The notes beneath the pieces were generated by a model. It worked only from the letters and a program-made list of their open reading frames with translations, did no database searches and had not been told where the DNA came from. The position numbers and the translations under genes were made by a program. From Rhizaria sp. SCN 62-66 (Eukaryota), in the NCBI GenBank assembly GCA_001724265.1, contig MEDY01000137.1, positions 46,283 through 66,282 on the forward strand: 20,000 bases of DNA, read 5' to 3'. Positions 1-9,724 of the stretch are shown here, piece by piece. Within the stretch, counting starts at the first letter, position 1. Each line of letters begins with the position of its first letter.

Positions 1-1846
1 CGGCGCGCGGGGCGGCCTCGAGCTGGGCAGCGGCGCCCGCGGCGAGCTCAGCCTCCTCTGCAGTCAGTGGAGTCGCAGTTTGAGAGTCAGCGGCGGAGCT
101 CTGTGACGCGAGAGTGGACGCAAGCGGGGGCGCGATGGGAGCGACAGCAGAAGCAGCAGCAGCAGCAGACACAGTCTCGTCGTTTCTGGCGGTCTTGATC
201 TTGCTCTTGATGGGGACGAGCGGGAACGAGTCGATGATGAAGTGGCTGTCAGGCGTGTTGGTGAACATGCACGTAACGCTCTTGACGTGATTCGCAGGGC
301 ATCCCGCCACCGCGCCGTACGTGCCGTGCTTGTCCGCCTTGTCCGCAGCCTTGGCCGCCGCGATGGACTCGGCCTCGGCGTCCTCGGCGCTGACGTTGCC
401 GCTGGCCAAAGTCATCGCTGCAAGCTTCTCTAGAGCACTGAACGCACTGTTGTCGACGGCGTTCACAGCGCCCGTGGAGATCGTTGTCTTACTGTCGGCA
501 CCGCTGCTCTTGTTGTTAGTCTCGGCAGAGTTGGTGTCGCAAGTTAAGCCGGGGAAGAGCGTGTTAATGAGCACGGTCTGCGTGTCGATGTCGGCCTTGC
601 TGACGCTGCGCTGCACTTCGAGCGGGTCCGCGACGGCCTCGAGCAGGTGGTTGTAGCGCGCGAGCTTGAATGCGTTGTCGGGGCCGAAGACGGGGAAGCC
701 GTAGTAGTACCCTCCTTGGCCACCGTCCGTGACGCCGGGCGGCGCGGGCGCGATGCTGGGGTCCAAGTGGGCGATGAAGATGGGGAAGCGAGTGTGGTCG
801 TACTTGTCCAAGTACTCAGGGCGCGGCTTATACCATGTGACCACCTGGCGCTCCACCACGAGAGACTCGATCGCAGTCCTGAGGGCACGGGGCAGCGTCA
901 CAGCAGTCGGGACAGGAGCAACGCCGGACTTTTCAGTCGTCTCGGCCTCAGCCTCAGTCTTAGCAGTCTCAGGGGTAGGCTCAGTCTTAGGCGCCTCAGA
1001 CTTGTCCTCACACTTGTTTTCATTTGCGGGCGTGAGATTTGCAGTCGTGAACTGAAGCGCAGTCTTGGCGGTGGCTGCGAAAGTCGCGTTGGCAAACACG
1101 CTGGCCTTGGTCATGGCCTGTGTCGTCCAGGGCCCCGCCGAAAAGACCACCTTCTTCGCGCGAAATGTGCCCTGGGTAGTGGACACGGCCACCTCCTCGC
1201 CGCCGGCCGCAAGCGTGACGTCGGTCACCTCGCAGCCGAGACGCGCGCGCGCGCCATGGGTCTGCGCAAGAACGTAGTGCGCCTCGATGCAGCGCTCGGG
1301 CGCGAGGATGCCCGCGTCGCGCTGGTACACCGCAACGTAGCCTTCGGGCAGCGTGAGACCAGGAAACCGCTCAGCAGTCTCGGCCGCAGAGAGGACCTCG
1401 TGGGGCAAGGAATGCTCGGTGCAGGCGCGGATCGCGCCGACCACGCCGGCGTCGTCACGCTGGCCGATGTCAAGCCCACCCGTGTAGTGCAGCAGCTTGG
1501 CCTTGGTCTCCGCCTCGAGCTCGTGCCACAGCGCGTAGGACTCCTGCAGCAGAGGCACGTACGCAGGGTGCTCCCAGTACGCCTTGCGGATGATGCGGGA
1601 CTCGCCGTGGGACGACCCGCGCGCGTGCGCAACGTGCGGAAAACGCTCAATGCCGAGCACCTTAAGCCCGCGGCGCGCGCAGTGGTACAGCGCAGCTGAG
1701 CCCATGGCGCCGAGGCCGATGATGATGACGTCGTGGAGAGTGTTTTGGTCGGCAGTGGAGTCCACGGGGAGCGGGCTGGGCCTGGAGCCAGGCTCATCGC
1801 GCATGGGGGTCAGGTAGTCGCGAGCGGTCGGCACAGGGACGGACAT
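1..1846 (-). CDS. FAD-dependent monomeric sarcosine oxidase / N-methyltryptophan oxidase (SolA/PIPOX family), 3' end outside window
   Basis: Own translation from ATG at 1846 is open to the window edge: MSVPVPTARDYL...DVIIIGLGAMGSAALYHCARRGLKVLGIERF (Rossmann GxGxxG, 1700-1717), GSSHGESRIIRKAYWEHPAYVPLL, VVFSAGPW, YYGFP, CMFTNTPDSHFIID (Cys at 269-271 matches the covalent-FAD cysteine motif of MSOX). Probably missed by the ORF track because no stop lies in the window. Confidence 0.92.
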   Translation of the reverse strand, partial: MSVPVPTARDYLTPMRDEPGSRPSPLPVDSTADQNTLHDVIIIGLGAMGSAALYHCARRGLKVLGIERFPHVAHARGSSHGESRIIRKAYWEHPAYVPLLQESYALWHELEAETKAKLLHYTGGLDIGQRDDAGVVGAIRACTEHSLPHEVLSAAETAERFPGLTLPEGYVAVYQRDAGILAPERCIEAHYVLAQTHGARARLGCEVTDVTLAAGGEEVAVSTTQGTFRAKKVVFSAGPWTTQAMTKASVFANATFAATAKTALQFTTANLTPANENKCEDKSEAPKTEPTPETAKTEAEAETTEKSGVAPVPTAVTLPRALRTAIESLVVERQVVTWYKPRPEYLDKYDHTRFPIFIAHLDPSIAPAPPGVTDGGQGGYYYGFPVFGPDNAFKLARYNHLLEAVADPLEVQRSVSKADIDTQTVLINTLFPGLTCDTNSAETNNKSSGADSKTTISTGAVNAVDNSAFSALEKLAAMTLASGNVSAEDAEAESIAAAKAADKADKHGTYGAVAGCPANHVKSVTCMFTNTPDSHFIIDSFPLVPIKSKIKTARNDETVSAAAAASAVAPIAPPLASTLASQSSAADSQTATPLTAEEAELAAGAAAQLEAAPRA

Positions 1847-2060
1847 GGGTCGCGGAGGGGACTGCAGGTGTGATTTTAGTTGATGTGACATTGGATGGCA
1901 GCGATGAGGAAAGGGAGCACGTGCGAAAAGAACGCAAGATGCGAGTGAGATGAAACCAAGATTTAGGCACTCAACGTGAATATCTCGTTGCGTATTAATT
2001 CAGTATAGTATTGAAAATTGCATATGGCTTTTGGATTCGGTTGAAAATTTCAATTTAAGG

Positions 2061-5000
2061 ATGCGTAACAACATGTTTAAACCCAAGATAGAACGCACTT
2101 CGGACCTCGTTTTGCGTTTGTGGTGGACCAGCGATTTTGGCGACTGTGGTCTGCTTTCACTCACGCGGACCCGACATCTTGCACGCGTAGGTGAACAGCC
2201 ACAACATCGACAGATCTCTGTGATTTCAACTTATACAACAGAAAGCTCACTATTCTATACGGATAAATTGTTTTTATCTCTTTAGTCCCTACTTTTCTCT
2301 TGCTGCACTCATTCCCGCCGAAGCTTGATCTCACTGATAAAGAGACCCATCCCAAAGCTTTCCCCGCGCGTCCCCTCCGCGACCACTCAGCGCAGCTCAT
2401 GCAAGGGCTGCCGCGCACATTTGAGGCAGGATGCGCGCCCATTATGCGTCTGGACTCGGACCAGCTCCACGTGAGCTACATTTCAGACGAACTGTACGGC
2501 CATGTGATGCTTGGACTTGCCGGCCTCACGCCTGGTGATGCCGTCAACCTCAAGCTCATCGCTCCTTCCAACGCCGCGTCCGCCTCCGGTGCGACGGGGA
2601 GCTTCGCGACAGCAGCACCGGGGACAGCTGTGGCTGGGGCGGCAGCGCCGGTGCTCGCTGGCGGCAGCCCGTTCGGCTCGTTTCTCGGTCTCACTTCAGG
2701 TTCATCCACATTATCAGCCAGTGGGATCTCAGCAGGTACTGCCTCGTCGTCCTCGTCGTCGCTCGTCTCGCAGCAGTGGCCGCCCGTTCCGTCCTACAGC
2801 GATACCGTGACTGACGGCACGCTCGACTACCACTACCAGCGTATCCTCCAGAACTCCGCGCTGCCCGAAGCCGACGCCCTCGCGCAGCTCGACAACTTCG
2901 CCACAGTGCCGCTCGACGTGCTCCAGGCGTCGCAAAACCGCAATGCGCTGCAGGAGCGGCTGCAGGCCATGGGCGCGCTTGCGATGTTTAACCTGAAGGA
3001 GTCTGAGAGCGGCCACTTCCCCCCGGGGTTCAAGTTCGACTGGACGATCACTCTGACGTACCACGGCCGCGAGCTCTCTGCCACGGGCTACGCCAAGGAC
3101 AACAAGAAGAACGCGAAGCAGGCCGCCGCGTACATTATGCGGCGCAAGATCGCGTACATCGACGACGTGCGGTTTAACCATGACAGCTCCCGCGAGCTCT
3201 ACACGTGCACTAAGGCCCCCTCTGTCATGGTGTCAAAGGCGGCCGCTGTGTCCGCCGCTGTTGCTGCGGGCGCGCCCTCTTTAACCGCGATCATGGGCGG
3301 CCCCAGTGCGTTTCCGCTGGGCGCCGGGCTAAGTACCCCCTTACACTTCAACCTCGGCGGCAGCGCAGGATTGATCCCGAATCCTTTTCCTCTCACAGTC
3401 ACTGGCATGACTGGCATCACTGGCATTACTGGCCAGACGGGCGCTGGCGGCGATGGTGTCGCTGTCTTCCCTTCATCAACTGCCGCTGGCGCTGGCGCTG
3501 GCATTGGCGCTGGTTTCAGTGCCGGCCTTGGCGCCACTGCTGCTATGACAGACTTAAACGCCACACCTCCCAGTGCCGTTAACAGCAGCGGCAGCGGCAG
3601 TAGCAGCAGCAGCGGTTCCCTCCCGCTCTCGTCCTCGGGGTCAGGTGTTCCGGTACGTGTGGCCACGCGTGTGGGCGAGAAAGTGCGCGCCGCTGTCGCC
3701 GCCGCGGCCGCCGATGCGACTGGCCCGTGGCTGGGCTCCGCTGCCGCTCACGGCCACTTGGCGGCGCTTGACGCAGTTGCCAATGATGAGAGTCGTGGCG
3801 GTCGCCAAGACCCAATCAGCAATCCCAACAACACGGTGACGCGTGTCTCTGGACTGAACTCTGCGTCTGTGATGAGTGATATCGACAACAACGAGTCCAC
3901 AAGCACCGACAGCACCGACACGAGCTCTATGCACCTAGGCAGCGGTGACGGCGAATGTTCTGCTGTTGGAACTCGCGGAACACATTGTACACGTGGGGCT
4001 GCGGTGAGTGACGAGTTCCAACAGAACGGCTATTGGCACACCTTCAACACCGTGCCAGTACCAGTGCCAGTGCCCTCATGGGTCAGTTTCGCTGCCTGCC
4101 CTCTACAACTACACCAACACATGACGGCAACCAACAGCAGCAGCAGCAGCAGCGATCACAGGAGCAGTGCAAGGGCTGTCGACGGGAGCACGCTTGCTGC
4201 TGATGCCGCTGCCGTGGCCGCGATCGCCCGCTCAAGCCTCAACTCTGCCGCGGTCTCCAATAGCTACAGCCCTGGCACCTCCCACGGCGCGGCCAGCGGC
4301 TCCGGCCCCCATAGTAGCAATGCCGGGGCATCCTCGGCGTCCGCAAGCCCCAGCAGCAGCGGCAGCAGCAGCGGCGGCGCATCATACGGCGGCCACCTAG
4401 CCTTGCGGGAGGCATTGGCCGAGGTTCTGACCGAAGCTTACCAGCCCTACAACAGTACAGCCAGCGCCAGCTCTGGTAGGGCAATGATGAGCGGCGCGGA
4501 CGCTGCCGTCGCCGCGGCCTCCATAGTCTCAGCGGCTGACTTAGTGGCTGTGCAGGGCGGGTACTTACCCGCGCTAAGGGCAGTGCTGCACGCGCTTGTC
4601 ACCATGGACAACACGACGACGCGTAAGTGTACCCGCGGCAAGAAGTCTAAGGGCCACTCGTCGAGCCCGAGTCAAGAAGCCACTGACAACTGCAAGACCG
4701 AGTCAAACAGCGCCAACAACAGCAGCAGCACAAGCAGTAGCAGTTCCATGTGTTCCGGTGGTACCGGTGACACCGCCGAGGAACGCGAGGAACCTGTGAC
4801 CGTGCTTGTCCAAGAGCCCTGCAAGCCTGAGACTCTGCAGCTGCTCGCCTCGCTCCGCATCACACCTATCCCAATCCCTCTCTTGCTCCCCAGCCTCAAC
4901 AGCAACAACAACATCAGCTCTAGCTCTAGCGCGAGTGCGACTTTTGGCAATAATGATATCGCTCTGCTCACGGCCACCTTGGGCTCGGCCACGTTGCCAC

Positions 5001-6772
5001 CTCCGGATTTCGCACAGCTCCCCGAGCTCCTCGCGCTGCATCGCCCACGTGCCGTGCTGCTTAGCTCCGGCGGCGGCCCCCACGGCCACGGTGGCGCTGC
5101 GCTCGCCCCCGAGAAGCTCTGGTCCGTTCTGTCGGCCGCAGTCTCGGCCGGATGCTGGGTCGTGGTGGACGAGAGCGGGGATTTGCAGACGGCGGCGGGC
5201 GCGACCGAGATGGGGGTCTCGCTGAACCCGCAGCCAATCGCGTCGGATAACGCCAGTAGCAGTGCCAGCGCCAGTGCCCGTGTCAGCGCTAGTGCCTGTG
5301 TGGACGCGAATGATGTGGGGACTGTTGTTGATGAGTCGGGTGTGTTTGTGCATCTAAGTACCCCCGGCTCGAGCCTTCTAAGTACCCGTCTAAGGGCCAT
5401 GATCGTCGCACGTGTCGCCGAGAAGTCTCTCGTCACGCAGTACCAGGACGCGGCTCTTACAGCGGCTCTAAGTACCCTCTCCAGTCTAAGTAGCAGCTCC
5501 CCCACCAATGCAACCCTCGACCCTGCGACAGCAGCTGCCGTTGCCAACGCCAAGGCTTACGTGGCGCAGCTACTGCTGCCTGCACTTCCTTTGGCAGCCA
5601 TCGCAACGCGTGCTATTAATACTCAGCAGGGCGGCGGCAGTCACGCGTCACCCCAGGTGTCATCCCAGGTGTTACCCCATGTGTATCGGCGCCGCGGCTG
5701 GCCCGTGCTCCCGCTCGGCTGCTGTGTCAGCATCGGCTCCGTGCCCGCCCTGGCTTCTCTGTCGCCGCTCTCCTGGATCGAAGCCCATCCGGCCGTCGCC
5801 GCGCATATCTCCGCCGCGCTCGCCGCAGCTGCGACGCTGCCGGCCGCCCCGTTCTTCACTGACTCAACTCGCGCAGCAGCAGCGGACTCTGGTGCGTTTG
5901 TGTCGCAGTCCCAGTCGCTGTCACTGGCGATGTCGTTATCTCAGTGCGGCGGCGGCGGGTTGGCTGCGGCCGCGCTACTGCAGGCGCTGCGCATGCGGAT
6001 GCGGCGAATGACGATGCGGGAGGCTGCTGCCGCCGGCATCACATCACTCGCCTCCGCGACGACTGCGACCGCTGTGGCCGCAACGGCGGCGGCGAATGCT
6101 GCTGGTGGCGTCGCGCCTGGCGATGCGAACTCTACGTTGTTTCCGAGCAGTATCGCGAGCGTCGGCTACGCGGCAGCGACGACGGCGACCGTCGACGGTC
6201 CCTGGCGCTATTACACTGTGTACAACGTGACCGTGGGGACCCGGGCAGCCGCTTTGGTTCACTCGGCTTGGGCGCATAAGCTGCTGAGCGACACTGTGCG
6301 CGCGGTAGTCAACGTACTGAACCGCGCTAAGGGGGTACTTACGGTGTCCGCGGGGCTAACGACTGTGTTCGCATCACAGCAGCAGCAACAAACTAGGAAC
6401 AGCACGCCGGTGCTGAAGGATGCCCTATCAGTGCCCGACGGCAATATCTGGATTACAATCGTGCCGCAATCTCCGCTCGGCGCACCCCAGAGCTACAATA
6501 ACAACAACAATAACAACAACAATGACAGCAATAATATCAATAGCTTCAGCAGTGGCACTAAGCGGAAGAAGCCCGAGACCGGCGCCGAGCTGTTGGCCGC
6601 GCTCGGCGGCAGCGTCCGCGCGGTCCTGGGCACAGCCTGTGTCGTCGGTCCGCAGTCCCCTCTGGCCGAGCTGGCGCGTCGTTCGCTTTTATTGCGCTTG
6701 GCAGGGGCGGACTATGACAGTGCAATCCGGGCTGCGAGGGCGATTGTCGCCGAGATGATGACCGCGGTATGA
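2061..6772 (+). CDS. Large protein with a dsRNA-binding motif (DSRM) and a degenerate PLP-dependent aminotransferase-like domain
   Basis: 1490-codon ORF 2300-6772. DSRM-like segment ~2936-3150 (NALQERLQ...FDWTITLTYHGRELSATGYAKDNKKNAKQAAAYIM). Aminotransferase-like blocks ~4385-6760 (GHLALREALA, VLVQEP, RPRAVLL, WVVVDES, SIGS, GNIWI, LLRLA). Start uncertain: a putative exon 2061-2190 joins in frame via a phase-1 intron 2191-2285; otherwise the first ATG is 2399. Confidence 0.75.
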
Positions 6773-6858
6773 CCGCAGAGTGCTATATCCAGATCATAGA
6801 CGCACTACATATTTGACTGTGTATTTGGGTGAGGGAATTACGGGTTTAGGGACAGTCA

Positions 6859-6895
6859 CGGCATTGTAAGTGAGTTTTTTTCACTTACAATGCCG
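6859..6895. repeat. Perfect 15-bp inverted repeat (hairpin, 7-nt loop)
   Basis: CGGCATTGTAAGTGA (6859-6873) - GTTTTTT - TCACTTACAATGCCG (6881-6895). Confidence 0.95.
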
Positions 6896-7778
6896 CGAGT
6901 GTACCAGATTTCGCACTATATATCGCATATAGCACTGTTTAAAATAAGTTGACCATATATCACGCAATACAATATTTTGTAAATCAAATTTTAGTTGTTG
7001 AATCGCATGTCTGCCCACTCATATTGTGTGTTTCCTGTTTTCTTCTCAGTGACCGTGAGCTAAGGGCCCTTAGAGGTGCAGACTGCGAGGGCGAGAGATG
7101 AAGGGTGGAGTGCGCCAGAATGAATTTCAACAGACCTACCAAATAGGCTCACACTTTACACCAATTCCAATGTCCTCCATTGCGAAGAAGACCAAGGTAC
7201 TTTCAAATCTATTTTGAAATCCCGCTCCCTGGATTGTAAATGTGCGCAAAATCGTGGAAAAGACTCACGGCTTGGTATGGTGTGCAACTGCGCGTTGGGT
7301 ATCACGACGGAAACCCAATCCTTTGCCGCTCTGCACGCTATCTTTGGCGCTGACCAACTTCATCACTCGTCTTGTGACCCTCTCTCATGTACCCTCAAAA
7401 GCTTTTCTTATGGACTAGCTTTGAGGAAGTGCGCGAAATGCCGGTCCAAAGTGCAGGTTGATGACGTTGGCGTTGCCTGAGCGTGTGGAACGTCATAAGG
7501 ATTGGTGAGCGAGCTTATTGCTCTCTCTTACGTCATGATACCGCCCGCGCTGTCGCTCGCCGGACCCTTTCTCGTCTCAGTCGAATTGTTGTCATTCTCT
7601 TTGCGATTGTTTTGCCGCGGCAAGACACTCACCTCAGAGTCGGCTCCGTTCTACACGTGGATGAGAAATTCCGCAGCTTCTAACTTGTTTTCCCTCCATT
7701 CTCTTCCCGACTTTTCTCTCTCTCTCTTCCTCGCCTTTCTCTCTGTGGTATCGTGCTTTGCTTGTGTCTCAATTTCAG

Positions 7779-8150
7779 CTTGCTAAGCTCGCTGCTCAGA
7801 AGGAGCAGGCCGTGTCGTACACGATCAAGTGCGGCGATGTCGTCTCTGCCGAGATTTTCGATGTCCCTGCCTTCGAGACCTACCTGACCTCCCACCTTAA
7901 GGCCAAGAAGGGTGGCCGCGCCGGCGACCTCGGCAAGTTGGTTGCCGTCTCGGCCACCGAGGAGGACGTCACCGTCTCGGCCGTCAGCGCCATGTCCAAG
8001 CGCTACGTCAAGTACCTCACCAAGAAGTTCCTCAAGAAGAACCTCCTCCGTGATCACTGCCGCGTTGTCGCGACGGGCAAGGCCTCGTACGCCATTAAGC
8101 CCTATAAGTCCGCTGCGTCCACCGAGGCCGCCACTGAGGAGTCCGCGTGA
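7779..8150 (+). CDS. RPL22: 60S ribosomal protein eL22 (main exon; first exon unresolved)
   Basis: YTIKC...IFDVPAFETYL...GRAGDLG...MSKRYVKYLTKKFLKKNLLRDHCRVVATGKASYAIKPY is the L22e signature. Strong C/G-ending codon bias. Pyrimidine tract plus CAG acceptor at 7778 (phase 0). Confidence 0.93.
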   Translation, partial: LAKLAAQKEQAVSYTIKCGDVVSAEIFDVPAFETYLTSHLKAKKGGRAGDLGKLVAVSATEEDVTVSAVSAMSKRYVKYLTKKFLKKNLLRDHCRVVATGKASYAIKPYKSAASTEAATEESA

Positions 8151-8339
8151 ATTGAATCAAATCGCGCAGGCTCAATGGCTTGACTTAAGTAAAGAACAAG
8201 TTTTTAGAACAGGCGTTCGCCGCAACATGCGTTCTTGAGGGCCACATAAGCTCTCTGAATACACAAACTCATCTTTAAAACCACAAAACAATCCCGTTTC
8301 AATGGTAGTATCGTATGTATTGCTTTGTCCCTATTATGA

Positions 8340-9323
8340 TTACCCCTTGGTGTGACATACAACGCTGCCATTACTCTTAACCACCAGAAACACGACCTGA
8401 ACGCTACCCTGCTGCATACCGTCATCCAGACTCTGTCCCTGCTGCTGCTGCTGCGCCGCCGCCGTCACGCCGGCACTATTGCGCCTGTAGATGGTGAGTT
8501 GGCCGGCGATTTCCCCCGAGTAGCCGCTGTCCAGCTGGCGCAGCTCGAGCGCGACGTCGGATGTGTGGGCGACCCTGGCGGCCAGCGCGCCGGCCGCGAC
8601 GGGGGGCAGCTCGCTGGTGAGGCAGCCGACGGGGTCCGTCACGGCCGCGGTGGCCGCTGCGAGCGACCAGGCCGCCGCGGGCACCGACGCGGCGGCCGCT
8701 GCGGCGACTGGACCTGCGGCCGGGGCGGCCGGTGACTGCGCGACGACCAGAGAGCAGCCTCCGGTGGCGGCGGCGGCGGCGGTCGCGGCGCAGGCCCAGT
8801 CGAGCGCGAGGTTATCATCACTATTGCAGAGAAGAGCGCTGACGTCGGCCAGCGAGTCGATGATAACGCACACACGCTGGGGTGAGACGGTGGCACTAGT
8901 TACTGCTGCCGAGGGGTGGCTGTCAGTCTACTTGATCATGCTCTTCGCTGCTGACGTGATGTGTTTAAGCAGGAACGCAAGCGCGCGCGCGCCGGCGGAG
9001 GAGTCGGGCCCCGCTGCGTCGGCAACCGCAGCCGCAGCAGCGACGTCGACGACCGTGAGCTGCTGCGACGTGACCGCAGTATCGAGCGACGCCGCCCCCA
9101 TCTTCCGCAGGATATGCGTGTAATGGTAGATCGGGTGTGATGCGCAATAAAACACGACGCGCGCGGACTGCGCAAGGCAGTGCGCAAGGAACGTGGCCGT
9201 GACGGCGTCGCCGGGGGTTGCCGTGGCGTCGTGGAGCGAGTAGACGGCGCCCGAGGCCCAGGCGGGTGCGGCTGCCGACCAGCCAAGCACGTCCGCAAGC
9301 GGATACTGCTGTGCAGAGGACAT
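8340..9323 (-). CDS. ELP6: Elongator complex subunit 6-like (RecA-like fold), with one in-frame TAG at 8928-8930
   Basis: ORFs 8928-9323 and 8340-8873 share a frame and are separated only by TAG plus 18 sense codons. N-half: VYSLHD...FLAHCL...HPIYHYTHILRKMG...LTVVD. C-half: VIIDSL, AHTSDVALELRQLDSGYSGEIAGQLTI. Both match ELP6 motifs. Ends in TAA. Confidence 0.8.
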
Positions 9324-9724
9324 GGATCAACTGCTTTAGAGCAATAAGCTGTGGTAAGCGTACTTTAAAGACTATTCTCTCGATGAGCGTTCGATTTGTT
9401 CCACCTAGAGCTTGTTTTTGGGCTGTCAAAAAGCAAAGGTGATTGGTGGAGCGTTCGTGGTGAAACGAATCAAGGGGGAAGGTCAGCAATCTTTGTAGGA
9501 GTATTAGTGGTCGTTAGAGGCAGTCAAGTGTATATTTAATTTACAGGGAAAGAACAAAGCAATATTGTCAGTATTTCCTGTTTAGCTGATATTCCGTTGA
9601 CGGTCTCTGTTGCGTCATCTATACTATGTCAACACAAGCTTCAATGGAATCCGATCCGACTTTGTCTCAACCTCTTGCTCTTCTTTCTTGCCCATTGTCT
9701 TCCTACCTTTGCAATGATAGACCA

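Noticed and set aside
647-1699. 350-aa plus-strand ORF and other ORFs in 242-1817
   Set aside because: Antisense or off-frame shadows of the sarcosine oxidase gene in GC-rich sequence.
6842-6851. GGGTTTAGGG telomere-like unit
   Set aside because: Only about 1.5 units and no array.
6859-6895. Rho-independent terminator
   Set aside because: Eukaryotic context, and the T-run is in the loop rather than after the stem.
7459-7480. Box C/D snoRNA (TGATGA...CTGA)
   Set aside because: Boxes are too close together, with no terminal stem or recognisable rRNA guide.
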